The notes: generated from the letters alone by a model not told the origin. Counted from the first letter of the stretch, positions 20,953-31,036 are shown. The stretch: 64,000 nt of DNA from Dehalococcoidia bacterium (GCA_965220565.1 CBDCQG010000001.1:1139473-1203472), one strand, 5' to 3'. Numbers and translations: made by a program.

Positions 20953-21516
20953 CTATCCCGCCAGGTACTCCGCCAGACGTTGCAGCGCTGCTTTCCAGTA
21001 GGTTCGCCGCGCCTCAACATCCTCCGTGTCGACGAGCTTCGACTGCATCACCGTGATGCGACTCTTACTGTCGCCGCTCGCGTAATAGCTGACATCGAGG
21101 CTCGTTTCGGCGCCGTCGCCGTCCGTCCACGTCGCGCGAGTCGTTTTCTCGGGTGTGTCCTTGCGAACCGTGATCGGTGCTTCCGGCAGCCATTGGCCGC
21201 GTCGGGAGAGATCGGCGAACGCGCCATAGAGTTCCGAGAGCGGCACCGGGAGTGTCTTGCTCACGCTGACCTGGTAGCCACGCGTGGTCTGGTAACGCTC
21301 CCGCATCCCGCGCGACCGCTCATAGTCGACGGTCACGTGCTGGCTCCACCACGGAGAGACGCCGTGCTGCTCCCGGAGCATCGTCGCGATCTCCTTGTGC
21401 GTCAGGTCCCGCGCCCCCGCCGCGTCCAGGATGGAGTTCCACTCCTCCGGCGTCTTGCCGGTGGCCTTAACCACAGCCTCCGGCGAGGCTTCAGGACGCG
21501 GTTTACGCGTCGTCAT
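20953..21516 (-). CDS. DUF4287 + SRPBCC (AHSA1-like) domain protein
   Basis: N-terminus KATGKTPEEWNSILDA...HKEIATMLREQHGVSPWW is typical of DUF4287. Confidence 0.5.
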   Translation of the reverse strand: MTTRKPRPEASPEAVVKATGKTPEEWNSILDAAGARDLTHKEIATMLREQHGVSPWWSQHVTVDYERSRGMRERYQTTRGYQVSVSKTLPVPLSELYGAFADLSRRGQWLPEAPITVRKDTPEKTTRATWTDGDGAETSLDVSYYASGDSKSRITVMQSKLVDTEDVEARRTYWKAALQRLAEYLAG

Positions 21517-21787
21517 CTTCTGGTTCTTCCTCGCGTGTGTAGTAAACGTACTCAGCCAAAACAGCGACCGTCATATGCCCGGTTTGGGCGGTGTGCGCCT
21601 GACATGCCACTTCGGGGCGGCTGCCGAGGTCAGGCGGCCTCCAATCACATTCCTCGCACTTAGCCAGATGCCTCATGAAGGCGGGATCCGTATCGATCTC
21701 GACGACGTTATCGAATTCAACCCCGTAGAGGCCTGGCAGTGTTATTACCGGCCCCTGTTGCTCTGGCCCTTGAGAGGCAAAGCTCAT
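21503..21787 (-). CDS. Hypothetical 94-aa protein with Cys/His cluster and acidic tail
   Basis: An ORF only, containing AKCEECDW...CQAH. It lies between the restriction endonuclease gene and the DUF4287 gene on the same strand. Confidence 0.3.
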   Translation of the reverse strand: MSFASQGPEQQGPVITLPGLYGVEFDNVVEIDTDPAFMRHLAKCEECDWRPPDLGSRPEVACQAHTAQTGHMTVAVLAEYVYYTREEEPEDDDA

Positions 21788-21798
21788 GCCATCATCCC

Positions 21799-22545
21799 CT
21801 ATCCGTTCATGTTTCCGCTGTTGAACTCAACGAGCTTGGGCCAATCAATCAGGCCACGGTCATTGCAGAATCTATCAGTCAATTCAGCAGCCAACTTATT
21901 CACCAGCCCCTTCCTGAGTTCGCGAAACTCATCATTGCGCTCCTTTGCGCGATGACCAATGGGCTCCACGATGTCCTTGTAGAGATTCACATCGTCGCTG
22001 ATGAAATGCCAAAAGCTCTGACCTACAACCTTCTTCCAACCGTGATTTGTCTGTTCAACTGTCCTCGATCGGCCATAACAACAACCAAGAACGGTTCGGA
22101 CACTGGCGTTGCGATCATTCTGTCGGATTCGCGTTACGGCACTGTTCAGGTTCTGAGCCAAGCGCTCATGCTGCGAATTGTTGCCCCAATTCGGGCCAGA
22201 CTTGATGGATACCAGATAGTGCGTGCCGCCCTCAGTGAATTCAAGGTCAACACCCGGTACTGCCGATTTTCGTCCATCGGACGTTTGACCTGAGACAAAG
22301 ATCGCCAGGCCTTCAAGGAACTCACCAAATCTCTCCTCTTCTGAAGACGATAGAGAGGCGTCGAGGAAACTCTCGACTAGCTCTTGGCTTGACCCGATGT
22401 TCCTGGCACGGAAAAGGTATGGGTTCTTGCGCTTAAGCAGCTCATTCAACTTGAGTCCCTCAAGCTTCTGTACGCGGCCAGCGTGGAATGCTCCAATGTT
22501 GTCGTTGACATACGCACGGACTGCGTCCAAGCTGAGGGGCCTCAT
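21799..22545 (-). CDS. Putative Type II restriction endonuclease
   Basis: Coupled to the upstream methyltransferase by an ATGA overlap. GC ~51% against ~65% background. GVDLEF...YLVSIKS could be a PD-(D/E)xK core. The family cannot be assigned by eye. Confidence 0.5.
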   Translation of the reverse strand: MRPLSLDAVRAYVNDNIGAFHAGRVQKLEGLKLNELLKRKNPYLFRARNIGSSQELVESFLDASLSSSEEERFGEFLEGLAIFVSGQTSDGRKSAVPGVDLEFTEGGTHYLVSIKSGPNWGNNSQHERLAQNLNSAVTRIRQNDRNASVRTVLGCCYGRSRTVEQTNHGWKKVVGQSFWHFISDDVNLYKDIVEPIGHRAKERNDEFRELRKGLVNKLAAELTDRFCNDRGLIDWPKLVEFNSGNMNG

Positions 22546-23468
22546 GTCCGGCTCTCCACCTCTCCATACTCTCTAGTCGGCCTTTCGGCCAATGCCGGTA
22601 TCTTGACTTGTGTCTCATCGGTCCTGCGCCTGCTGAGTTCCACGAAATCGTTATTGGTATCGATACCCAAATATTGTCGGCCAAGCTCGACGGCAGCCAC
22701 TGCAGTGCTCCCCGAACCGATAAAGGGATCAAGCACAACATCACCCGGTTCTGTAAACAGCTTTATGAACCAGCTTGGCAAGGCGACTGGGAATGCTGCG
22801 CTATGATTCTGGTTCGACGATTCGGTTGCCAAGTGCAGAACATTGGTCGGATAAACCATGTCACGATCAATCCAGTTTGCAACCCGCTTACCGAAACCAC
22901 TGCCAACCTTCGACTCATCCCTGATCTTGTCAGTTTCGCTCAGATTTGCGAGTCGATGCTTGGCCCAACCACCAACCGGTGCCATCACTGATTCTTGAAA
23001 CATTTTGAATTGGCGCTGCCTATTGAACTGGAGCAGCCTCTCCCAATTGTTTCGGAAGCGGTTCGGCCACTTGCCGGGGTAAGAGTTCTTCTTATGCCAG
23101 ATGAATTCTTCGGTCCATAACCATCCCCGACGCCGCATCTCCAGAATCAGCTCCAATACGTAGGTATGGCGCTCTCCATTCACGGCAGGTTCCTTGATAT
23201 TCAGGATGAACGTTCCTTCAGGTTTGAGCACTCGAAAGAACTGGTCAGCCTTTGGCAAGAACCATTCGACATACTCGTCCGGACTGATACCGCCATAGCT
23301 GTTCTTTCTTTGGTCAGCATACGGTGGAGAAGTAACTATGAGGTCAACCGAATTAGGTGGGTAGGCAAGCAAGACATCCTGACAATCGCCCTCGAGAATG
23401 GTGTTGAACTTAGGGGTTTTCTCGCTCTTCCCAGTTCCAGTCAACGGGCGCCTAACCTCTATGCTCAT
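22542..23468 (-). CDS. DNA methyltransferase, beta-class N4-cytosine/N6-adenine (PF01555-like)
   Basis: Motif IV DLIVTSPPY precedes motif I VLDPFIGSGSTAVAA, the beta permutation order. Low GC. Confidence 0.85.
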   Translation of the reverse strand: MSIEVRRPLTGTGKSEKTPKFNTILEGDCQDVLLAYPPNSVDLIVTSPPYADQRKNSYGGISPDEYVEWFLPKADQFFRVLKPEGTFILNIKEPAVNGERHTYVLELILEMRRRGWLWTEEFIWHKKNSYPGKWPNRFRNNWERLLQFNRQRQFKMFQESVMAPVGGWAKHRLANLSETDKIRDESKVGSGFGKRVANWIDRDMVYPTNVLHLATESSNQNHSAAFPVALPSWFIKLFTEPGDVVLDPFIGSGSTAVAAVELGRQYLGIDTNNDFVELSRRRTDETQVKIPALAERPTREYGEVESRT

Positions 23469-23580
23469 TTCCCCTCCCCGCTTTCGTCAGTCTACACTAG
23501 CACGTGTGTTTCACACTGTCCATTGCACCCTTCCCCATTGACCGTCTGCGCGGCCTCTCATAGAGTGGTATGAGCTACCG

Positions 23581-23598
23581 ACCGACTGGTCAGTCGGT
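23581..23598. promoter_or_regulatory. Perfect palindrome ACCGACTG-GT-CAGTCGGT, candidate TetR operator
   Basis: An 8+2+8 inverted repeat sits 64 bp upstream of the TetR start, in the divergent intergenic region. Confidence 0.4.
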
Positions 23599-23661
23599 TG
23601 TGCCCGGAGGACGATCATCTCATCGACCGTTTCTGAAGATTCCAGGGGGCGCGCTGATGGC

Positions 23662-24297
23662 GTGTCCGGCGGCCCCGTGGACGCGGGAAAGGCCTCCACG
23701 CGGGAGCGCATCCTCGAGGCGGCGGCGCAGGTTTTCGCCGAGTCCGGCTACCACGGCGCAAGCGTGGATGACATCGCCACCGCCTCCGGCGGCTCCAAGG
23801 GCGGCATCTATTTCCATTTCCCCGGCAAGCGCGAGATCTTCTTTGCGCTCGTTAATCGCTTCGCCGATCGGCTCCTGTCCGATGCGCGCGAGTCAATAGA
23901 AAGCACGCAGAGCGGCGCGCATAAGGCGGGGGCGGTTATCGAATCGACACTGGAGACGTTCGCCAACCACGCGAAACTCGCCAAGGTTCTGCTGGCCAGC
24001 GGCGTGGGGCTGGGGCCCGCGTTCGATGAATCGCTGCTGCGGCTGCATGACCGGTTTGCCGGCCTGATTCGCGAGCGGCTGGACGCCGCCGTGGAAGACG
24101 GCTCAATCCCGGCGCTCGATACAACCCTGGCATCTTACGCGTGGATGGGGGCGCTGAACGAGATCATCCTCCGGTGGCTGTACACAGGCGAGCCTTCTCC
24201 GCTCACATCGGCAGCGCCGCAGCTGAAGTCGATCCTGCTTTCAAGCGTGGGCGTGAACACGGCGAGCATGACATCCACCGGCGCGGGAGCTAACTGA
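23662..24297 (+). CDS. TetR/AcrR family transcriptional regulator
   Basis: N-terminal HTH RERILEAAAQVFAESGYHGASVDDIATASGGSKGGIYFHF. Confidence 0.85.
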   Translation: MSGGPVDAGKASTRERILEAAAQVFAESGYHGASVDDIATASGGSKGGIYFHFPGKREIFFALVNRFADRLLSDARESIESTQSGAHKAGAVIESTLETFANHAKLAKVLLASGVGLGPAFDESLLRLHDRFAGLIRERLDAAVEDGSIPALDTTLASYAWMGALNEIILRWLYTGEPSPLTSAAPQLKSILLSSVGVNTASMTSTGAGAN

Positions 24298-24299
24298 CC

Positions 24300-25775
24300 A
24301 TGCCACAGGCGTATCGAAATCTCGACGAGTTCATCACGTTCCTGGAGGGGCGCGGCGAACTCAAGCGCATCAAAGCGCCCGTCACGTGGGACCTTGAGAT
24401 CACGGAGATTACGCAGCGAGTCCTGCGTGAGGGCGGCCCCGCCCTCCTCTTCGAGAACGTCGAGGGGTACGAGGGCACGCCGGTGCTCATCAACATGTAC
24501 GGCACGGAGCAGCGCGCGGCGTGGGCGCTTGGCGTGGAGAATCTGGATGAGCTCCCCGCGCAGATCGAGAAGATGATGGCAATGGCGCAGGGCGGGCCCC
24601 CCGAAGGCCTGATGGGCAAGCTGCGCATGCTGGGCGACCTGGTGAAGCTTGGCCGGATCGGCCCACGCACCGTGGAGCGTGAGGACGCGCCGGCGCAGGA
24701 AGTCATCATGCAGGGCGATGACGTCGATCTCCTCTCCCTGCCCATTCTCAAGACGTGGCCGCAGGACGCCGGACGCTACATCACCCTCCCGCTCGTCATC
24801 ACGAAAGACCCCGACACGGGCACCCACAATCTCGGCATGTATCGCATGCAGGTCTATGACAAGAACACCACCGGGATGCATTGGCAGACACACAAGGTCG
24901 GCACGCAACATGAGCGAGCGTCGGCAGAGCGCGGCGCGGGACGCATGGAGGTCGCGGTGGCGCTGGGCGGCGATCCGGCTCTCATTTGGGCCGGGTCCGC
25001 CCCGCTGCCCGCAGACGTGAGCGAGTATGTGCTGGCGGGATTCCTGCGCGGCCAACCCGTCCCCGTTGCCAAGGGCGTCACGGTCGATCTCGACGTGCCC
25101 GCGCAGGCGGAGTACATCCTCGAGGGATACGTCGATCCGTCTGAGCGCCGTCCGGAGGGCCCATTCGGCGACCACACCGGCTACTACTCCATCCAGGATG
25201 CGTATCCGGTCTTTCACGTGACGGCCATCACGCATCGCCGCAATCCGATCTACCCGACCATTGTCGTCGGACGGCCGCCGCAGGAGGACTATTGGATGGG
25301 CGTCGCGACGGAGCGGCTCTTCCTGCCCCTCATGCGGCTGATGCTGCCGGAGATCGTGGACGTTCACATGCCCGCAGAGGGCGTGTTCCACAACCTCGTG
25401 CTCGTCTCCATCAAGAAGGAGTATCCGGGCCACGTGCAGAAGACGGTGAGCGGCATGTGGGGACTGGGACTGATGTCCCTGGCGCGTGCTATCGCGGTTT
25501 TTGATGATGACGTGGATATCCATGACCCCTCCGAGGTGGTATGGCGGCTGTCCAACAACGTTGACCCGCGGCGGGACATCTTCTTCGCCGACGGGCCGAT
25601 TGACGACCTCGACGTTGCCTCACCCACGGCGCGCGTCGGCAGCAAGATCGGCATCGACGCCACGCGCAAGTCCGGCGAGGGCGAGATGGGCGAGCGTCAA
25701 TGGATGCCGGACATCATCATGGACCCGGCCATGGTTGAGCAGGTCACGCGGCGGTGGACGGAGTACGGAATCTGA
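24300..25775 (+). CDS. ubiD: UbiD-family prFMN-dependent decarboxylase (futalosine-pathway MqnL-like)
   Basis: LRDFITFLEGRGELKRIKAPV and PALLFENVEGY are UbiD N-terminal signatures, ~490 aa. It sits in an operon with UbiA-like and UbiX-like genes. Confidence 0.85.
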   Translation: MPQAYRNLDEFITFLEGRGELKRIKAPVTWDLEITEITQRVLREGGPALLFENVEGYEGTPVLINMYGTEQRAAWALGVENLDELPAQIEKMMAMAQGGPPEGLMGKLRMLGDLVKLGRIGPRTVEREDAPAQEVIMQGDDVDLLSLPILKTWPQDAGRYITLPLVITKDPDTGTHNLGMYRMQVYDKNTTGMHWQTHKVGTQHERASAERGAGRMEVAVALGGDPALIWAGSAPLPADVSEYVLAGFLRGQPVPVAKGVTVDLDVPAQAEYILEGYVDPSERRPEGPFGDHTGYYSIQDAYPVFHVTAITHRRNPIYPTIVVGRPPQEDYWMGVATERLFLPLMRLMLPEIVDVHMPAEGVFHNLVLVSIKKEYPGHVQKTVSGMWGLGLMSLARAIAVFDDDVDIHDPSEVVWRLSNNVDPRRDIFFADGPIDDLDVASPTARVGSKIGIDATRKSGEGEMGERQWMPDIIMDPAMVEQVTRRWTEYGI

Positions 25776-26671
25776 TGGATTCCATCGGACGCCCCCCTCT
25801 CCCCCGGCCGTGGTCGTTCATGGGCCGGCTTGGCGTCATGCTCGATTCCATCCGGTTCGAGCACTCCATCTTCGCCCTGCCCTTCGCCTATCTGGGCATG
25901 ATTCTCGCTGCGGGCGGCTGGCCGACGCTCTCACAATTCATCTGGATCACCGTGGCGATGGTCGCTGCGCGCACAGTCGCCATGAGCGCGAACCGCCTCA
26001 TCGACCGCGAAATGGACGCGGAGAATCCCCGCACGGCCATGCGCGCCCTGCCCCAGAAACTCCTCCGCCCGTCCGACATGCTCGGCATGCTGCTTGTCAG
26101 CCTGGTGATCTTCTTCTTTGCCGCATACATGCTGAACACTCTTGCGCTCATACTTGCGCCCGTCGCGGCCATCATTGTCATCACGTATTCCTACGCCAAG
26201 CGATTCACATGGACGGGGCACTATTGGCTGGGATTCGCGGACGGCATCGCACCGGCGGGCGGATGGATCGGCGTCTCGGGAGATCTGCCGCTTGAGGCTG
26301 TGGTTCTGGCGCTGGCCGTCACAACGTGGGTGGCCGGATTCGATCTCATCTACCAATGCATGGATTACGACTTCGATATTCCTCGCAAGATCCACACGAT
26401 CCCCGTCAAATGGGGCATCGCCGCGGCGCTCCGTTGGGCGCGCGTGACCCATCTCCTGACAATCGTGTTCCTTGTCGCGTTGGGAGTGATGATGAGCCTT
26501 GCGTGGCCGTACTACATCGGCGTCGCCATCGCAGCTGCTCTGCTCGCATGGGAGCATTCGCTCGTCAAGGCGGACGATTTCTCTCGCGTCACCATTGCTT
26601 TCTTCAACATCAACGGCGTCATCGCGATCATCGTCTTTGTCTTCACGGCAGTCGCCGTCCTGATGGGGTAA
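25775..26671 (+). CDS. ubiA: UbiA-family aromatic prenyltransferase (MqnP-like)
   Basis: A polytopic protein with NRLIDREMDAENPRT (first Asp-rich motif). The ATGA overlap with the ubiD-like stop sets the start at 25775. Confidence 0.8.
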   Translation: MDSIGRPPLPRPWSFMGRLGVMLDSIRFEHSIFALPFAYLGMILAAGGWPTLSQFIWITVAMVAARTVAMSANRLIDREMDAENPRTAMRALPQKLLRPSDMLGMLLVSLVIFFFAAYMLNTLALILAPVAAIIVITYSYAKRFTWTGHYWLGFADGIAPAGGWIGVSGDLPLEAVVLALAVTTWVAGFDLIYQCMDYDFDIPRKIHTIPVKWGIAAALRWARVTHLLTIVFLVALGVMMSLAWPYYIGVAIAAALLAWEHSLVKADDFSRVTIAFFNINGVIAIIVFVFTAVAVLMG

Positions 26672-26678
26672 GGCGCGG

Positions 26679-27353
26679 ATGCAGACACGACACGTATCAG
26701 ATCAACACCCGGTGGTCGTCGGCATCTCCGGCGGCAGCGGAGCGGCCATCGCCAAGCGGATCATCGACTCCCTGTTGGAGCGGCACGTGCCCGTCATCTG
26801 CACCATCACGTCCGGCGGACGGCAGGTGTGGGCGCAGGAGATGGATGAGCCGTTCTCGCGGGCACTCGATGAGTGGTCGACCAATGAGTGCTTCTCGTAC
26901 TACACGTCCAAACAACTTGGCGCGCCGATAGCGAGCGGCGGAATCCCGACGCGGGGAATGATCGTCGCGGCGTGCAGCATGGCCACGGTTGCAGCCATCT
27001 CGCACGGGCTTGGCGACAATCTGCTGCGACGCGCAGCGGACGTGACCATCAAGGAGCGTCGGCCGCTGGTGCTCATCCCCCGTGAATCGCCCTTGTCCGC
27101 CATTCACCTGGACAACATGAAGCGACTGGCGGAACTGGGCGCGACGATCCTGATGCCCGCCCCCGCCTTCTATCTGAAGCCGCGCACAGTCGATGACATT
27201 GTCGATTACTTCACGGCGCGGGCGCTCAACAGCATTGACCCTGCAACATTCCCGCTGCCCGCTTCCCTGCAATACGAGGGGATGGGCGGCAACGGGGCAC
27301 TCACTCATTTTGCGGACAAAGAAGCCGAAGACATGGACTTTGAGGAGGACTAG
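26679..27353 (+). CDS. ubiX: UbiX-family flavin prenyltransferase (MqnM-like)
   Basis: VVVGISGGSGAAIAKRII and ~200 aa flavoprotein fold signatures. Confidence 0.85.
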   Translation: MQTRHVSDQHPVVVGISGGSGAAIAKRIIDSLLERHVPVICTITSGGRQVWAQEMDEPFSRALDEWSTNECFSYYTSKQLGAPIASGGIPTRGMIVAACSMATVAAISHGLGDNLLRRAADVTIKERRPLVLIPRESPLSAIHLDNMKRLAELGATILMPAPAFYLKPRTVDDIVDYFTARALNSIDPATFPLPASLQYEGMGGNGALTHFADKEAEDMDFEED

Positions 27354-27355
27354 TT

Positions 27356-28369
27356 GTGAAACCAAGTCGCTTGAGTTGGGTTCTTGCCATTCTTGCAGTG
27401 GCGGCCATTACCGTTCTTGGAATGGCGTGCGATGCCTTTGCGGAAGATACGCCGACGCCTGAGCCAACGCCGGTGCCCCCCACACCAACACCCGAAGTTG
27501 ACGACACGCCGATCCGGGTGGGGCTGCTGCCAATCATCGACAGCGTGCCGTTCTACCTTGCTGAGGAAGAGGGCCTGTTCGAGGCTGCCGGGCTCAACGT
27601 CACTTTTGAAACGTTCAACAGCGCTCTTGACCGCAACGCTGCGCTCGAATCCGGCGCGATAGACGGCCAGCTTGCAGACCTGATCGCTACGGGGTTGATC
27701 AATGGCGAGCAACACAACGTTTCGATCGTGAAAACGACGTACCGCGCCACCGGCGACGTGGCGATGATCGCCCTGGTTGCCGGGGCGGACAGCGGTATCG
27801 AGTCGCCCGCCGACCTGGAGGGCAGGAGCGTTGGCATCTCCACCAACTCCCTGATTGAATACCACCTCGATCTGTACCTTGACGAGGCAGGTCTCGATCG
27901 CGATGCCGTTGAGAAGACGGAGGTCGCCGCGATCCCGGTACGCATGGAACTGCTGTCACAAGGGCAACTCGACGCGGCCGTACTGCCTGAGCCACTCATC
28001 ACGCTCGCCGTCAACGCGGGCGGGACAGTCATCCTCGATGACCGCCAGAGCCGCCTCGGCATGAGCGTGCTTGAATTCAACGTGGATTACCTGGCGGACC
28101 ACGAGGAAAACGTGAAGAAGTTCCTCGCAGTTCACGAGGAGGCGGTTCAGCGAATCAACGCGAACCCTGACGAGTATGCCTACCTCCTGCCGGCGAAGGC
28201 ACGCCTGCCTGAATTCCTTGTCGGAATCTTCAATGTTCCACCGTTCCCCAGCAACGATGTTCCGACTGCCGCTGAGATACAGCAGGCCTCAGATTGGCTC
28301 CTTGAAAAGGAGTTGATCGACCAGGCACGGGAGTACGGCCACTGGGTGCATCCGCGATTCATCCCGTAG
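27356..28369 (+). CDS. ABC transporter substrate-binding lipoprotein, NMT1/SsuA/TauA-like
   Basis: Signal peptide plus a Cys lipobox (GMAC), a PT linker, then VGLLPIIDSVPFYLAEEEGLF. Confidence 0.7.
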   Translation: MKPSRLSWVLAILAVAAITVLGMACDAFAEDTPTPEPTPVPPTPTPEVDDTPIRVGLLPIIDSVPFYLAEEEGLFEAAGLNVTFETFNSALDRNAALESGAIDGQLADLIATGLINGEQHNVSIVKTTYRATGDVAMIALVAGADSGIESPADLEGRSVGISTNSLIEYHLDLYLDEAGLDRDAVEKTEVAAIPVRMELLSQGQLDAAVLPEPLITLAVNAGGTVILDDRQSRLGMSVLEFNVDYLADHEENVKKFLAVHEEAVQRINANPDEYAYLLPAKARLPEFLVGIFNVPPFPSNDVPTAAEIQQASDWLLEKELIDQAREYGHWVHPRFIP

Positions 28370-28398
28370 AGACGAGTCTGAATGGTCGGCGGCCTGAC

Positions 28399-29169
28399 AT
28401 GTCTGACCGGAAGCCAATCGCAGTCCTCGGGGGCGTGACATTCGCGTACCCCGGGGGCACTGCGGTGCTTCGGGACTTCTCGTTGGAGGTGTCGGACGGT
28501 GAATCGTTGGCAATCATCGGGCCGTCAGGATGCGGCAAGACCACGCTGCTCTATATCCTGGCCGGCCTGCGGGTTCCTGACGCAGGCGCGATAACCGTCG
28601 CGGGAGAGCCTATCGTCGGCCCACGCCGGGACATCGGCCTTATCCTCCAGGATCACGGCCTCCTGCCGTGGGAGACCGCCCTCAATAACGTGGGGATGGG
28701 ATTGCGCCTGCGGGGCGTGCGCGGCCGCGAGTGGCGCGCCGAGGCGCAGTCGTGGCTTGACCGGCTGGGCCTCGGGGACCTGGCTCGCCGTTATCCGGGG
28801 CAGTTGTCCGGGGGGCAGAAGCAGCGTGTGGCCATCGCCCGCACACTCGCGCTGTCTCCAACGTTACTGCTCATGGATGAGCCGTTCAGCGCGCTTGACG
28901 CGCTTACACGAGGGACGCTGCAGCTGCTTGCCCTTGATCTTGGAATCGCGCAGGGTCGCAGCGCCGTCCTCATCACGCATGACATCAATGAAGCGGTAAC
29001 ACTCGGCAACAGGATCCTGATCATGGGCCGGGGGCCGGATGAGCCGTCTACCATCATCGACAACCCGGGCGCGGGACGGGACGGTTACATCGACTCCGAC
29101 GAGTTTCGCGCTCTGGCCAACGACGTGAGGGCACATCTCAACGTCACGTCTGAAACGACAGCGGCCTGA
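28399..29169 (+). CDS. ABC transporter ATP-binding protein (NitT/TauT family)
   Basis: GPSGCGKTT, LSGGQKQR and LLLMDEPFSALD. Confidence 0.85.
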   Translation: MSDRKPIAVLGGVTFAYPGGTAVLRDFSLEVSDGESLAIIGPSGCGKTTLLYILAGLRVPDAGAITVAGEPIVGPRRDIGLILQDHGLLPWETALNNVGMGLRLRGVRGREWRAEAQSWLDRLGLGDLARRYPGQLSGGQKQRVAIARTLALSPTLLLMDEPFSALDALTRGTLQLLALDLGIAQGRSAVLITHDINEAVTLGNRILIMGRGPDEPSTIIDNPGAGRDGYIDSDEFRALANDVRAHLNVTSETTAA

Positions 29170-29960
29170 TGAGACAATCGGCGTTCGGGGCAATTCCGAA
29201 TCGAGCCAAGGCCCTCACGGGCGCCGGCATTGGCAGCCTGGCAGTCCTGTGCGGGCTGCTTGTTTGGCTTGTGGGCTCCTGGGTTCTGGACTCCAGAATT
29301 CTACCCAGCCCCATCGCGGTGGCCTTTACCTTCGTTGACCAGCTCGACGAGGGTCTCCTGGGACATGCGGCGGTGAGCGCATATCGAATCCTTGTCGCCA
29401 TCGCAGTGTCAACTGCAATCGCTGCCCCACTGGGGCTTATCTTCGGCACAAGCAGCCGGTTCTACACGCTTTCCGCGCCCATCATCTACCTGAGCTACCC
29501 GATCCCCAAGATCGTTCTGCTGCCAATCGTCCTCGTTGTTCTCGGTCTGGGCGACGCAAGCAAGATCACCATGATTGCTCTCATCCTGTTCTTCCAGATT
29601 CTCATCCTCGTGCGCGACGAGGTCCGCACCGTGCGGCCGGAACTGGTTCTTTCCCTGCGCTCGCTTGGCGCAAACCGTCTTCAGCTGCTGCGCTATGTGT
29701 ATGTACCCGCCTCACTGCCGGGCCTCTTCACCGCGCTCCGCGTCAGCACCGGTGTCTCGATAGCAGTGCTGTTCTTCGTGGAGACGATAGGCGCGCGGCA
29801 GGGGCTGGGCTACTTCATCTATTCCGAGTCATGGCAACGGCTTGCCTATGAAGAGATGTACGCAGGTGTGATTGCAATGGCCCTGCTTGGGCTCGGCATC
29901 TACTACGCCGTGGATGGACTCGAACGCCGTCTGACTCGCTGGAATCGGGATGATCGATAG
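29169..29960 (+). CDS. ABC transporter permease (NitT/TauT family)
   Basis: Six-TM permease with an EAA-like loop. Overlaps the ATPase stop. Confidence 0.8.
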   Translation: MRQSAFGAIPNRAKALTGAGIGSLAVLCGLLVWLVGSWVLDSRILPSPIAVAFTFVDQLDEGLLGHAAVSAYRILVAIAVSTAIAAPLGLIFGTSSRFYTLSAPIIYLSYPIPKIVLLPIVLVVLGLGDASKITMIALILFFQILILVRDEVRTVRPELVLSLRSLGANRLQLLRYVYVPASLPGLFTALRVSTGVSIAVLFFVETIGARQGLGYFIYSESWQRLAYEEMYAGVIAMALLGLGIYYAVDGLERRLTRWNRDDR

Positions 29961-29978
29961 CCCGGCATCGGTGGACGG

Positions 29979-30968
29979 CTATTCCGCGTCCGGATCATTC
30001 CTGAGCCAGCTGGGATTCGAGTCATTGGCGGGATTGTTCGTCAGGCGAACCGGCTCAGCCTCGTCGCTCAGGCTCCACAGGTAGATCTCGTTATTGCCTT
30101 CACGATCGCTCACAAAGACGATGGTCTGGCCGTCCAGCACGTTGGACGATGACGGCTGGATGCTGTTGTAGGGCGCATCCGGCGTGCGATCTGCGCTCCT
30201 CCGCCCCTGGGACGAAACATACCAGAGGTGAATGGTGTTTCCGGGATTGGTGATCGCAGATGCGTTTGATTGCATGATGACGTCCCGACCGTTTGGCGTG
30301 TAGTCCGGGTAATCCTCCATGGAGTCCGGCGCCCTGAATTCTCCGGTTGGCCTCAAGAAGGTCTCCTGTGGGATAACGCGAATAAACCGTCCTTCGCTGT
30401 CAAGTACGTGAACGTCAACGGCTTCCGGGGAAAGACCGGCCGACACCGCAATCTCTTCACCGGCTGCATTCATGCGGGGGTTCCAGTAGGAATAGGCTGT
30501 GTCCTGACCGAGCAGGTTCATTCCCGTTCCATCCGCGGCCATGCCGTCCGCGCTCATCCAGTAGAGCTGGGGGCGACCGGACGCGAGGGTCATACTCCAA
30601 AGAGTAACGAGCAGCCGATCTCCATCCGGATACCAGGTCAATGACTCAACCGTCCCGCTCACGAGACCGTTCGTCAGGTTCCGTTCTTCCTCGTCACCCG
30701 CATCCATCAGGATGATGTCAGTCGCATTGCCTGAACGCCTGATAAACGCCAGCTTGGTCCCATCAGGGCTGACGGCAGGATAAATGTCATCAAGAGGGTG
30801 ATCGGTAACCTGTGTCTCCAGGGTGCCGTCATGCTCTATGGAATAGATGTCCCAGTTTCCGCCGCGATCGGACTGGAAATAGATCGTGTACGTATCTTCC
30901 CCGTTGCAACCGGACACGATAACTGCTCCCAGAAGGAACGCCGCCACAAAGGCAAATGACCATTTCAT
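29979..30968 (-). CDS. TolB-like WD40/PD40 beta-propeller lipoprotein
   Basis: A signal peptide with SGC, then repeated PD40-like units (IYFQSDRGGNWDIY, IVFVSDREGNNEIY). Confidence 0.6.
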   Translation of the reverse strand: MKWSFAFVAAFLLGAVIVSGCNGEDTYTIYFQSDRGGNWDIYSIEHDGTLETQVTDHPLDDIYPAVSPDGTKLAFIRRSGNATDIILMDAGDEEERNLTNGLVSGTVESLTWYPDGDRLLVTLWSMTLASGRPQLYWMSADGMAADGTGMNLLGQDTAYSYWNPRMNAAGEEIAVSAGLSPEAVDVHVLDSEGRFIRVIPQETFLRPTGEFRAPDSMEDYPDYTPNGRDVIMQSNASAITNPGNTIHLWYVSSQGRRSADRTPDAPYNSIQPSSSNVLDGQTIVFVSDREGNNEIYLWSLSDEAEPVRLTNNPANDSNPSWLRNDPDAE

Positions 30969-31036
30969 GGGTTCAAGCGCCTCACTGCATTAACCGCTAA
31001 AACAGGCACTCTCTGTGCTTCCACCTTAGCACCAAA

